Shown here one piece after another: positions 8,046-16,854 of a DNA stretch of 21,339 bases (its first letter is position 1; each line of letters starts with the position of its first letter). A model generated the notes under the pieces. That model did not search any database. It was given only the letters and a program-made list of their open reading frames with translations, and was not told the origin of the DNA. The stretch spans positions 40,705-62,043 of the forward strand of contig PSLL01000015.1 in assembly GCA_040289575.1 (NCBI GenBank). The letters run 5' to 3'. The translations under genes were made by a program, and so were the position numbers. The DNA is from Candidatus Dadabacteria bacterium. Lineage in GTDB: Bacteria > Desulfobacterota_D > UBA1144 > Nemesobacterales > CSP1-2.

Positions 8046-8065
8046 GGTCTTTCTCCTCCTTTTTA

Positions 8066-8077
8066 GTGTATATACAC
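8066..8077. promoter_or_regulatory. Palindromic operator candidate (MarR site 2)
   Basis: Perfect palindrome GTGTATATACAC just upstream of the SD of the 8045 gene. Same core as the site upstream of marR. Confidence 0.6.
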
Positions 8078-8095
8078 GTTTATAATCAAAAAAAT

Positions 8096-8578
8096 TTAAC
8101 TCTTATTTACTAGCGATACTACCTCTCCTAAATCCGCTTGCAGAGAGTTCCAGCGTTCCTGACCCAATCTTTTGATAACACGGGCCTGAGCCTTTTCCCA
8201 GAGTGGAAGGGCTTTTGCTAAAACCTCTTTACCGTGTGTTGTCAAAGTAACAATCCGTGTGCGCTGGTCATCCCCCGACACAACCTTAATCAATCCCTTT
8301 TTTTCGAGAGGTCTTAGATTCCGTGTCAATGTGGTTCTATCCATTACTGCTATCTCTGCCAGGCGTGTCACAGTCACCGATTCGAGTATCATAATCGCTA
8401 TCAGGAGTGAGAACTGGGTAGCTCGTAAACCTGTTGGACGGAGCGATTCATCATAGAGCTGAGTGATTGCGCGGGTGGCCTTTCGTAGGTTAAAACAGGT
8501 ACAATCCATACATTTTGCTACTCTTGGCCTATCCACCCGATGTTCTATTGCCTTATCATCTTCAAGTTTTTTGCTCAT
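8096..8578 (-). CDS. MarR family transcriptional regulator (CxC-LR-ATR subtype)
   Basis: 160 aa. CTCFNLRKATRAITQLYD...GLRATQFSLL...MDRTTLTRNLRPLEKKGLI...DQRTRIVTLT (MarR DxR wing). Confidence 0.92.
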   Translation of the reverse strand: MSKKLEDDKAIEHRVDRPRVAKCMDCTCFNLRKATRAITQLYDESLRPTGLRATQFSLLIAIMILESVTVTRLAEIAVMDRTTLTRNLRPLEKKGLIKVVSGDDQRTRIVTLTTHGKEVLAKALPLWEKAQARVIKRLGQERWNSLQADLGEVVSLVNKS

Positions 8579-8605
8579 ATCTAGTCATCTCAATTTATTT
8601 CTTAT

Positions 8606-8639
8606 AATAGGAGTATATACACCTATTTGCAAATGTCAA
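8606..8639 (-). promoter_or_regulatory. marR promoter with overlapping 22-bp operator palindrome
   Basis: Minus strand TTGACA (8639-8634), N16, TATACT (8617-8612). The imperfect palindrome AATAGGAGTATATACACCTATT (8606-8627, one mismatched pair) covers the -10. Confidence 0.7.
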
Positions 8640-8790
8640 GTAATTTTTGTAGGATCACCAAGTACCCATAACGTCATGGAGTACCATCGTTAATTGTCTT
8701 TCTTTTATTTTCTTATAATCTTATGGAGTTCGCTCCTAAATTAATTTTGATAACTCCGTCTGTCCCATGTTTCCGGCAGTTCTATTATAC

Positions 8791-8819
8791 TTGCGGTTTC
8801 TCTATGGGAAAGCTAAAAT
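8791..8819 (+). promoter_or_regulatory. Putative sigma70 promoter for nfeD-stomatin
   Basis: TTGCGG-N17-TAAAAT. Its position supports the ATG at 8842 rather than 8767 as the nfeD start. Confidence 0.55.
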
Positions 8820-8841
8820 ATCCCTTTGTTGGTGCTTGGGC

Positions 8842-10176
8842 ATGAGGAAGAATTTATTTGTATTTGCCTTCATTTTTGCTCTTCTCTTCGGCATATTAAA
8901 TTCCCATGCGGATTCTAATAAGGAGATAATCCTTATAATACAAATCAATGGAATGATAAATCCTGCCACACTTGACTACATACGAACGGGGATCGAACAT
9001 GCTGAGAAGAACTCTGCCGAAGCTTTGATAATACTTCTCGATACGCCGGGCGGGCTTCTTTCATCTATGAAGGAGATCGTAAAGTTGATATTAAATTCTC
9101 CTGTGCCAGTCATTGTCTATGTCTATCCAAACGGTGCTACGGCTACTTCCGCAGGGGTGTTTATAACGCTCTCCGCGAACATTGCGGCTATGGCTCCCGG
9201 AACAAGCATAGGCGCCGCGCATCCTGTAATGCTATCTCCGGGTGGGGAAGAGGAACAGCAGAGGGGCAGTGATAAGGGGAGTAGTGAGCAAAATAAGTTC
9301 AACGAAAAGGTTGAAAATTTCGCTTCTTCGTTTATAGAGAGCATAGCTGAGAAGAGGGGGAGAAACGCCAAGTGGGCGATAGATGCTGTAAGGAACAGCG
9401 CATCAATTACTGCTGCAGAGGCTCTAAAGAAAAACGTGATTGATCTTATCTCTCCCAATTTAGATGATCTCATTAATCAAATAGATGGACGCAAGATTGA
9501 GCTTCCAAGCGGGAAAAGGGTACTTCATACAAAGGGGGCTGTTATTGAAAGGCTTGATATGAACGTTAAACAAAAGTTAATTGATACACTGAGCACTCCT
9601 GATATTGCGTTCCTGTTGATTTCTCTCGGCTCCCTCGGGCTTCTTATTGAGCTTTATCATCCCGGATTGATTTTCCCGGGTATAGCCGGGGTGATATGCC
9701 TTCTCCTCGGACTCGTTTCTCTTCAGACGATTCCTTTTAATTATGCTGGACTCGCCCTGCTTATTCTTTCAGTCCTCCTCTTTGTCTCTGAGATTTATTT
9801 GACTAGCTATGGACTTCTTACTGTTGGGGGAATAACGAGTTTCATCTTAGGGGCACTTCTACTTTTTAATACACCAGAGTCTGATGTGAGGGTTAGTCTC
9901 AGTGCTATACTGAGTGCGGCTCTTGCTATTGGGCTTTTCTTCCTCTACATTGCCTACTATCTTATAAAAGCCCAGCGCTCTAGTGTATCTATGGGGATTG
10001 AGGCACTCATAGGAAAGGAAGGGGTGGCTACGACAAACATAGATGGCAGCGGGAAGATTTTTATTCACGGCGAGTACTGGAATGCCGAAAGCGATGAGGC
10101 GATCGACAAGGGTAGTAAAGTAAGAGTGGTTGAGATTAAAGACAATTTTAGGCTGAAGGTGAAAAAAGCCATTTAG
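8842..10176 (+). CDS. nfeD: NfeD family membrane-bound serine protease (long form: ClpP-like domain, TM region, C-terminal OB fold)
   Basis: Signal peptide [23 protein letters not shown], then [28 protein letters not shown], a TM block, and C-terminal [14 protein letters not shown]. Start moved from 8767 to 8842. Confidence 0.9.
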   Translation: MRKNLFVFAFIFALLFGILNSHADSNKEIILIIQINGMINPATLDYIRTGIEHAEKNSAEALIILLDTPGGLLSSMKEIVKLILNSPVPVIVYVYPNGATATSAGVFITLSANIAAMAPGTSIGAAHPVMLSPGGEEEQQRGSDKGSSEQNKFNEKVENFASSFIESIAEKRGRNAKWAIDAVRNSASITAAEALKKNVIDLISPNLDDLINQIDGRKIELPSGKRVLHTKGAVIERLDMNVKQKLIDTLSTPDIAFLLISLGSLGLLIELYHPGLIFPGIAGVICLLLGLVSLQTIPFNYAGLALLILSVLLFVSEIYLTSYGLLTVGGITSFILGALLLFNTPESDVRVSLSAILSAALAIGLFFLYIAYYLIKAQRSSVSMGIEALIGKEGVATTNIDGSGKIFIHGEYWNAESDEAIDKGSKVRVVEIKDNFRLKVKKAI

Positions 10177-10189
10177 AGGAGGATTGTAC

Positions 10190-10936
10190 ATGACGGGTAC
10201 TTTTGTATTTATTGCCATTATAGTGCTCTTTATCCTTTCCGGGGTTAAGATTTTAAAGGAGTATGAACGCGGAGTAGTGTTTAGACTAGGAAGAATCATT
10301 GAGCCTAAAGGACCGGGGATTAGATTTATTATTCCTGGAATTGATAAAATGTTAAAAATCAGCCTTCGGGTAATTACATTAGATGTTCCACCGCAGGACG
10401 TTATAACAAAGGATAATGTTTCTGTTAAGGTTAGTGCTGTTGTTTATTTTCGCGTTGTTGACCCTGTAAAGGCTGTAATCCAGGTAGAGAATTATCTTTA
10501 TGCTACATCTCAGATTGCACAGACAACGCTCAGGAGTATTTTGGGACAGGTCGAACTCGATGAACTTCTTGCGGAGAGGGAAAAACTAAATGTCCGCCTT
10601 CAGGATGTTATAGATAAACACACCGATCCGTGGGGAATCAAGGTTTCGCTTGTGGAATTAAAATACGTTGACCTCCCTCAAGAGATGCAGCGAGCGATGG
10701 CACGTCAGGCTGAGGCTGAAAGGGAGAGAAGGGCAAAGGTTATAAACGCCGAGGGTGAGTATCAGGCGGCGGCAAAGCTCGCAGAGGCATCGAGTATACT
10801 TTCTCAAAACCCCATGTCGCTTCAGCTCAGATTCCTTCAGACTCTTGTCGAAGTATCATCGGAGAAGAATTCCACAATTGTATTTCCAATCCCGATTGAC
10901 CTTTTAAAGCCGTTTCTTGAAAGAGCAGCAAAGTGA
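10190..10936 (+). CDS. Stomatin-like SPFH/band 7 protein (slipin)
   Basis: [56 protein letters not shown] and [17 protein letters not shown] sits 7 nt before ATG 10190. Canonical partner of nfeD. Confidence 0.93.
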   Translation: MTGTFVFIAIIVLFILSGVKILKEYERGVVFRLGRIIEPKGPGIRFIIPGIDKMLKISLRVITLDVPPQDVITKDNVSVKVSAVVYFRVVDPVKAVIQVENYLYATSQIAQTTLRSILGQVELDELLAEREKLNVRLQDVIDKHTDPWGIKVSLVELKYVDLPQEMQRAMARQAEAERERRAKVINAEGEYQAAAKLAEASSILSQNPMSLQLRFLQTLVEVSSEKNSTIVFPIPIDLLKPFLERAAK

Positions 10937-10966
10937 TTGGAATGGATGAGATTCAGTCTCCATAAT

Positions 10967-11048
10967 CAAATGAAGGAAATTCCTCGGGAGTTAAAATGCC
11001 CAGCGGCGTGGAAGTCCTGATTTTATACTTAAGAGGGAACTTCATTTG
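10967..11048. other. Long imperfect intergenic stem-loop of unknown function
   Basis: Nested complementary arms CAAATGAAG/CTTCATTTG, TTCCTC/GAGGGAA, GAGT/ACTT and TAAAAT/ATTTTA. Confidence 0.55.
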
Positions 11049-11073
11049 TTTTCCGACAAACTATAGTTATAAT
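11046..11073 (+). promoter_or_regulatory. Putative promoter for the ABC transporter operon
   Basis: TTGTTT (11046-11051), N16, TATAAT (11068-11073), 10 nt before the ATG at 11084. Confidence 0.45.
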
Positions 11074-11083
11074 AATTCGCTGA

Positions 11084-12739
11084 ATGTCGAAGTTATACCT
11101 TATACTACTTCTCTTTTTCGTGTTATCCCTTACTTCATGTAAACCCGCTGGCAGAGAATCTGATTCATCCATAGACGAGTACTCAAAATACGATAATGTC
11201 CAACCGGTTGACGGAGACTGGCTTATATATAATCTCGGCGAGGAGCCCGGAACCCTAAACCCAATTACCGCAACCGACGCCTATCAAAGTATAGTTAACG
11301 ATGGAAACGTTTATGAAACACTAGTCAAGAGAGATGATAGAACACTTGAGATTATTCCGCTTCTCGCAGAATCTTGGAAGATTTCAGGTGATAAGCTCGT
11401 CTATACGTTTTTTATCAGAAAAGGAATAAAGTGGCACGACGGCGTTCCATTTACCGCGCGCGATGTGGTTTTTTCTTATAACAAAATAATGGACCTAGGT
11501 GTTGATGCTCCTCACCTTAGAAGTTACTACAAGGACATAAAAGAGGTTGAGGTGCTCGATGACTATACAGTGAGATTCACCTATGCAAGACCCTATTTTT
11601 TAGCTCTGGAATTCTGCGGCGGAATGCCAATAGTTCCTGAGCACATATTTAAGAACGGGGATTTTAACACCAATCCTGCAGGAAGGGCTCCTGTCGGAAC
11701 TGGTCCTTACAGGTTTCTAAAGTGGGATACTGGAAGGGAAATAGTTCTTGAGAGAAATGAAAATTACTGGGGAAAGAAGCCTCATATAAAACGAATCGTT
11801 TTTAAGTTGATCAGTGATTCTACTGTAGCCCTTCAGGTGCTAAAGCGCGAGGAGATTGATTTTACCGGGCTTACGGCAATACAGTGGGCAAGACAAACCT
11901 CATCCCGGCGGTTCCAGAGGAACTTTAATAAACTCAGCTACTTCACGCCGAACTACAGCTTTATAGCATGGAACATGAAAAGGCCGTTTTTTTCAGACAG
12001 GCGTGTAAGAACCGCGATGACATATCTTGTAAATAGGAAACTGATTCTCGAGAAGATCCTCTACAATCTGGGAGATGTTGTTACAAACCCATTTTATATA
12101 AACAGCCCGGAGTATGACCGCTCAATAGAACCTTATCCCTATGATCCTGAGAAGGCGAAAGAGCTCTTAGATGAAGCCGGATGGATAGACCATGACGGCG
12201 ATGGGATCAGGGATAAAAACGGAATTAAATTTGAGTTTGAATTCCTTATCCCAAGCGGTTCTGTAACTGGTGAGCAGATTTCCACCATTTTAAAAGAGGA
12301 ACTCAAGAGGGTCGGAATCAAAATGAACATAAGAAAACTCGAATGGGCAGTCTTTACAAAACAGCTTGATGAAAGGAAATTCGATGCCGTAACGCTTGCA
12401 TGGACTATGGGTGTTGAGTCAGACCCGTATCAGATTTGGCATTCCTCCCAGGCTGAGAAGGGGTCTAATTTTGTAGGGTTTAAGAATAAAGAGGCAGACC
12501 AGTTGATAGAAGAGGCACGGACGGAGTTTAATAGAGAAAAGAGAATCGAGATTTATAGAAGATTTGCTGAAATTGTGCACGAAGAGCAGCCTTATACGTT
12601 TCTCTTCTGCCGTAAATCAACCGTTGCTCTACATAAAAGATTTAAAGGAGTTAACGTTTATCCACTTGGGCTTGACCATCTTGAATGGTTTGTGCCTTTG
12701 CCATTACAGAAATATGGGCAGGTGACAATGGTTCCATAG
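11084..12739 (+). CDS. Peptide/nickel ABC transporter substrate-binding lipoprotein (family 5, AppA/OppA-like)
   Basis: Lipobox LTS-C. Motifs IPLLAESW, IKWHDGVPFTARDVVFS, PVGTGPYRF, DRRVRTAM and YDPEKAKELLDEAGW. Confidence 0.92.
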   Translation: MSKLYLILLLFFVLSLTSCKPAGRESDSSIDEYSKYDNVQPVDGDWLIYNLGEEPGTLNPITATDAYQSIVNDGNVYETLVKRDDRTLEIIPLLAESWKISGDKLVYTFFIRKGIKWHDGVPFTARDVVFSYNKIMDLGVDAPHLRSYYKDIKEVEVLDDYTVRFTYARPYFLALEFCGGMPIVPEHIFKNGDFNTNPAGRAPVGTGPYRFLKWDTGREIVLERNENYWGKKPHIKRIVFKLISDSTVALQVLKREEIDFTGLTAIQWARQTSSRRFQRNFNKLSYFTPNYSFIAWNMKRPFFSDRRVRTAMTYLVNRKLILEKILYNLGDVVTNPFYINSPEYDRSIEPYPYDPEKAKELLDEAGWIDHDGDGIRDKNGIKFEFEFLIPSGSVTGEQISTILKEELKRVGIKMNIRKLEWAVFTKQLDERKFDAVTLAWTMGVESDPYQIWHSSQAEKGSNFVGFKNKEADQLIEEARTEFNREKRIEIYRRFAEIVHEEQPYTFLFCRKSTVALHKRFKGVNVYPLGLDHLEWFVPLPLQKYGQVTMVP

Positions 12740-12742
12740 AAA

Positions 12743-13744
12743 ATGAGAACATATATAATAAAACGTCTTTTACTCCTTATACCGACCCTTTTTGGGATTA
12801 CCCTTATTACCTTCTTTGTGGTTCAGCTCGCCCCTGGAAATCCCGTTTCAAGAAAACTTCAAGTCGGCGAAGGAATTAAGGCCGAGACAATTACCCAAGA
12901 CATTGTAGAGCAGACCAAGAAATTATACGGGCTTGATAAGCCGATCTACGTTCGATACTGGATATGGGTGAAGCAGATTGCTACGCTCAATTTTGGCCGC
13001 TCATATACAGACCACCGTCTGGTCATACAAAAGATTGAGGAAAAACTTCCTATAACCTTAGCCCTAAATATAATTTCTATATTTCTTGTCTATACTATAT
13101 CAATTCCACTTGGGGTTTACTCGGCTGTAAAACAGGGAGGCGTTCAAGACCGGGTAATTACGTTTTTTCTCTTTGTGCTCTATTCGATTCCCAGTTTCTG
13201 GCTTGCTGTGGTTTTAATATACTTCTTAGGGGGCGGTGAGTTCTGGGATGTTTTTCCGATTTATGGAATCCTCTCTCCGGGGGCTGAGAATTTTCCATTC
13301 TACAAGAAGGCACTCGATTTCCTCTGGCACATTACACTTCCCGTAATATGTCTGACATATGGAGACTTAGCTTACCTTTCGCGCTATCAGAGGGGAAGCC
13401 TGCTCGAGGTTCTAAATGAGGATTTCCTGAGAACTGCAAGGGCAAAGGGGCTTCCCGAATCAAAGGTCATATTTAAACATGCCCTCAGAAATGCCCTAAT
13501 ACCCATAGTCACAATCATCGCCTCTATTCTCCCAGCGGCGATTGGAGGGAGTGTGATAATAGAGAGTATATTTTCCATCCCCGGAATCGGAAAGCTCGGC
13601 TTTGATGCTGTGCTCTCAAGGGATTATCCGGTCATTATGGCAATTGCCACCATATCGGCTTTTCTTACACTTGCCGGGATTTTAATCTCCGATCTTGTCT
13701 ATGTGCTGGTTGATCCAAGAATAAGCTTTGAGGGGCGCAAATGA
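12743..13744 (+). CDS. Peptide ABC transporter permease (OppB/DppB-like)
   Basis: YIIKRLLLLIPTLFGIT..APGNP, EAA loop FLRTARAKGLPESKVIFKHALRNA, GGSVIIESIFSIPGIG, RDYPV and DPRI. Confidence 0.93.
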   Translation: MRTYIIKRLLLLIPTLFGITLITFFVVQLAPGNPVSRKLQVGEGIKAETITQDIVEQTKKLYGLDKPIYVRYWIWVKQIATLNFGRSYTDHRLVIQKIEEKLPITLALNIISIFLVYTISIPLGVYSAVKQGGVQDRVITFFLFVLYSIPSFWLAVVLIYFLGGGEFWDVFPIYGILSPGAENFPFYKKALDFLWHITLPVICLTYGDLAYLSRYQRGSLLEVLNEDFLRTARAKGLPESKVIFKHALRNALIPIVTIIASILPAAIGGSVIIESIFSIPGIGKLGFDAVLSRDYPVIMAIATISAFLTLAGILISDLVYVLVDPRISFEGRK

Positions 13745-14784
13745 ACGTTCAGGTTGCTGATGGCGCTCAGGCATTAGAAGGGTACCAGAAAAGCCGGGGC
13801 TATTGGGCTACCGTCTGGATGGAGTTTAAAAAAGATAGGGTTGCCCTTGCCGCTCTCGGTGTAATACTCCTTCTCTTCTTTGTTGCGGTATTTGATGATT
13901 TTATTGCGGGGAGTAAACCGTTGGTGCTTAAATTAGACGGAAAGATATATTTTCCGGTTCTCTTTGAATATAAAGAGTTCATAGATACAGATTTTAAGGA
14001 GGTTTCAGAGAATCTCAAGAAGGGCGATTTTATATTATTTCCCCCTGTAAAATACAGTCCCACCGAGTATGATCTCCTTTCAGTTCTATCCCCTCCATCG
14101 AAGACTCACCTTTTTGGAACGGATGACAGGGGTAGAGATGTTCTCAGCCGAATGATTCACGGAACGAGGATTTCACTCTCTATCGGTTTTATTGCCGTTG
14201 GAATTGCCATTGTAATAGGGGCTTCTCTGGGGGCAATAGCGGGATACTACGGAGGTGCGGTTGATTTTATTATCTCAAGGTTCTTTGAGGTGATGATTAC
14301 TTTTCCGGTGTTCTTTCTAATCCTCACTATACTTGCCTTTCGAAATCCGAGTATCTACAACATAATGATTGTCATTGGTGTTACAAGCTGGACAGGGGTT
14401 GCGAGGCTCGTAAGGGGTGAGTTTCTCAGATTGAGAAAATACGACTATATTGAGGCGGCAATTGCCCTCGGGAGTCGTGATTTGAGGGTTATGCTCAGGC
14501 ACATGCTTCCAAACGCGCTTGCCCCGGTTTTAGTTACAGCCACTTTTGGTATAGCAGGAGCTGTTCTTGTCGAATCTGCACTCAGTTTTCTCGGATTCGG
14601 TGTCCCGCCGCCCGACCCAAGTTGGGGAGAGGTGCTTTCACAATCCGAGAGATATGTGGATTTTGCCTGGTGGCTTGTTCTATTTCCGGGTGCGGCTATA
14701 TTTATGACCGTAACGGCGTTTAACTTAGTTGGGGAGGGCTTTAGAGACGCCATTGACCCAAAGCGTAAGGGAAGGGGATTTTAA
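13741..14784 (+). CDS. Peptide ABC transporter permease (OppC/DppC-like)
   Basis: HLFGTDDRGRDVLSRMIHGTRISL, YIEAAIALG, HMLPNA, ESALSFLGFG and GEGFRDAIDP. ATGA overlap with the previous gene. Confidence 0.93.
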   Translation: MNVQVADGAQALEGYQKSRGYWATVWMEFKKDRVALAALGVILLLFFVAVFDDFIAGSKPLVLKLDGKIYFPVLFEYKEFIDTDFKEVSENLKKGDFILFPPVKYSPTEYDLLSVLSPPSKTHLFGTDDRGRDVLSRMIHGTRISLSIGFIAVGIAIVIGASLGAIAGYYGGAVDFIISRFFEVMITFPVFFLILTILAFRNPSIYNIMIVIGVTSWTGVARLVRGEFLRLRKYDYIEAAIALGSRDLRVMLRHMLPNALAPVLVTATFGIAGAVLVESALSFLGFGVPPPDPSWGEVLSQSERYVDFAWWLVLFPGAAIFMTVTAFNLVGEGFRDAIDPKRKGRGF

Positions 14785-14796
14785 TAGGAATATTTG

Positions 14797-15780
14797 ATGA
14801 GAAACATATTGGAGATAAAAGACCTAAGAGTATCTTTCCGAGACAATGGAGGAAGGGTCGAAGCGGTAAGCGGGGTCTCTCTTTCGGTTCCCGATGGGTC
14901 TACTGTTGGGATAGTAGGAGAGAGCGGCTGTGGAAAGACCGTAACTGCGCTCTCAATCATGCGCCTTATTCCCGAACCACCGGGAAGGATTGACGATGGG
15001 GAGATAATATTTGAGGGCAATAACCTACTCAAGCTCTCAGAAAGTGATATGAGGACGATTCGTGGAAACAAGATATCAATGATTTTTCAGGAACCTATAA
15101 GCTCGCTTAATCCGGTGTTTACAATTGGAGAACAGATTGGAGAGGCGATAAGAACCCATATCAAGGTCTCCAAAAGGGAGGAAAAAGAGCGCGTTATAGA
15201 ACTACTGAGACTCGTAAAGATTCCTACACCGGAGAAGAAAATAGACAACTACCCGCATGAAATGAGCGGTGGTATGTGTCAGAGGGTGATGATTGCGATG
15301 GCTCTTGCGTGCAATCCCAAGCTTCTCATCGCCGATGAGCCTACAACGGCGCTCGACGTTACAATCCAGGCGGGAATATTGGAGTTGATCAACGAGCTTA
15401 AAGGAAAAATAGGAATGTCTGTTCTTCTTATCACACATGATCTGGGAATAATTGCCGAGGCGACAGATGAGGTTTATGTTATGTATGCAGGAAAGATCGT
15501 AGAACACGCCCCTATGAGGAGTCTATTTAAGAACCCTCGCCATCCTTATACTGTGGGGCTTATGAATTCAATTCCTGGATTGCATAAAAGGAAGGAGAAA
15601 CTGAGCGCGATTCCAGGAATCGTTCCGAGCCTCAAGGACATTCCTGAAGGGTGCAGGTTTCGGTATAGATGTCTGATGGCTATAGACAAGTGCAGAATCT
15701 CCGAGCCACCGCTTAGACAGGTTGAAAACAGACACTATAGCGCGTGTTTTAGAGCCGAAGAAGTGAAGTTAGGAATTTAG
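14797..15780 (+). CDS. Peptide ABC transporter ATP-binding protein (OppD/DppD-like)
   Basis: Walker A GESGCGKT, YPHEMSGGMCQRV, ADEPTTALDV, and a C-terminal GCRF..RC..C..AC Cys cluster. ATG 14797 preferred on SD spacing. Confidence 0.93.
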   Translation: MRNILEIKDLRVSFRDNGGRVEAVSGVSLSVPDGSTVGIVGESGCGKTVTALSIMRLIPEPPGRIDDGEIIFEGNNLLKLSESDMRTIRGNKISMIFQEPISSLNPVFTIGEQIGEAIRTHIKVSKREEKERVIELLRLVKIPTPEKKIDNYPHEMSGGMCQRVMIAMALACNPKLLIADEPTTALDVTIQAGILELINELKGKIGMSVLLITHDLGIIAEATDEVYVMYAGKIVEHAPMRSLFKNPRHPYTVGLMNSIPGLHKRKEKLSAIPGIVPSLKDIPEGCRFRYRCLMAIDKCRISEPPLRQVENRHYSACFRAEEVKLGI

Positions 15781-15793
15781 TAATAGGTCGTAC

Positions 15794-15821
15794 ATCATGA
15801 ATCATGTATCTTGCATCTTGT
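15794..15821 (+). repeat. Heptamer tandem repeat (ATCWTGH x4)
   Basis: ATCATGA ATCATGT ATCTTGC ATCTTGT between the two ATPase genes. Confidence 0.7.
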
Positions 15822-15828
15822 AATAAAA

Positions 15829-16791
15829 ATGGAACGCAGAGAATTTGTCAAGGTTAGTAGCCTGAAGAAGTACTTTCCAATCCGGTCGGGGATATTCTCT
15901 CAAGTGAGTAATTATGTAAAGGCTGTAGATGGAGTAGACCTGAGTGTATTTGAAGGTGAGACGGTTGGGCTTGTAGGGGAAAGCGGCTGCGGGAAGACTA
16001 CACTTGGAAAAACGGTTATAAAACTCCTTGAACCCACAGAAGGATATATTTACTTTAACGGGCTGGACATTACCAATTTCGATTCCGGTCGGATGCGTCC
16101 TCTTCGGCGCAATATGCAGATAATCTTTCAAGACCCTTATGGTTCGCTCAATCCGAGGATGCGGGTCGAAAATATAGTAGGGGAGGGGCTTGTAATTCAC
16201 AATATAATTCCCAAAAAGGACAGGAGGGCAGAGGTTAAAAGGCTTCTCCATATAGTAGGTCTTAGAGAGGACATGCTCTTTCGCTATCCGCATGAGTTCA
16301 GCGGGGGACAGCGTCAGAGGATTGCGATAGCCCGCGCCCTTGCCGTAAAACCCAGCTTTATTGTTTGCGATGAGCCGGTCTCAGCTCTTGACGTTTCAGT
16401 TCAGGCACAGATTATAAATCTCCTTCTTACGCTTCAAGAAGAGTTTAAGCTAACATACCTCTTTATTTCACATGATCTCCGTATTGTAAGGCATATAAGC
16501 GACAGGGTTGCCGTAATGTATCTTGGGAAGATAATGGAATTTTCAGATAGCGAGGAACTTTATAAAAACCCGCTCCATCCATATACACAGGTGCTCCTTT
16601 CCGCTGTTCCTAGTCCGGAAATGAAGAAAAAGAGAATAATACTCTCCGGCGATATTCCAAGTCCGATTGACCCGCCTTCCGGGTGCAGATTTCATACACG
16701 GTGCCCAATGGTTATTGACAAGTGCAAGAAGGAGGAACCGGTCTTAAGAGATGTTGGCGGAGGACACATGGTTGCCTGTCACCTGGTGTGA
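15829..16791 (+). CDS. Peptide ABC transporter ATP-binding protein (OppF/DppF-like)
   Basis: VKAVDGV, GESGCGKTT, QIIFQDPYGSLNPR, YPHEFSGGQRQRI, CDEPVSALDVSVQAQ and PPSGCRFHTRCP..VACHL. The TTG start at 15811 falls inside the heptamer repeat, so ATG 15829 is preferred. Confidence 0.93.
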   Translation: MERREFVKVSSLKKYFPIRSGIFSQVSNYVKAVDGVDLSVFEGETVGLVGESGCGKTTLGKTVIKLLEPTEGYIYFNGLDITNFDSGRMRPLRRNMQIIFQDPYGSLNPRMRVENIVGEGLVIHNIIPKKDRRAEVKRLLHIVGLREDMLFRYPHEFSGGQRQRIAIARALAVKPSFIVCDEPVSALDVSVQAQIINLLLTLQEEFKLTYLFISHDLRIVRHISDRVAVMYLGKIMEFSDSEELYKNPLHPYTQVLLSAVPSPEMKKKRIILSGDIPSPIDPPSGCRFHTRCPMVIDKCKKEEPVLRDVGGGHMVACHLV

Positions 16792-16854
16792 TGAACTTGC
16801 AAATACCCTCCATTGTATTATATTAATGAAAATATATTCAGAATTAAAACTGAA

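Noticed and set aside
7565..8085. Overlapping ORFs 7693-8085(+), 7860-8066(+) and 7565-7822(-)
   Set aside because: They are shadows of the high-GC minus-strand gene, where stops are rare. Only the 8045 start has a strong SD and a membrane-protein pattern.
8721..8757. GGAG-TTCG-CTCC mini hairpin with an alternative GGAGTT/AACTCC pairing
   Set aside because: The stems are very short and lie between the two predicted divergent promoters, so the region is probably untranscribed.
8767..8841. Longer N-terminus for NfeD given by the ORF track
   Set aside because: It overlaps the predicted promoter, and the signal peptide begins at MRKNLF (8842).
12737..12745. Binding protein and first permease are in frame (TAG AAA ATG), suggesting a read-through fusion
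   Set aside because: Both proteins are full length with normal termini, and in-frame spacing occurs one time in three by chance.
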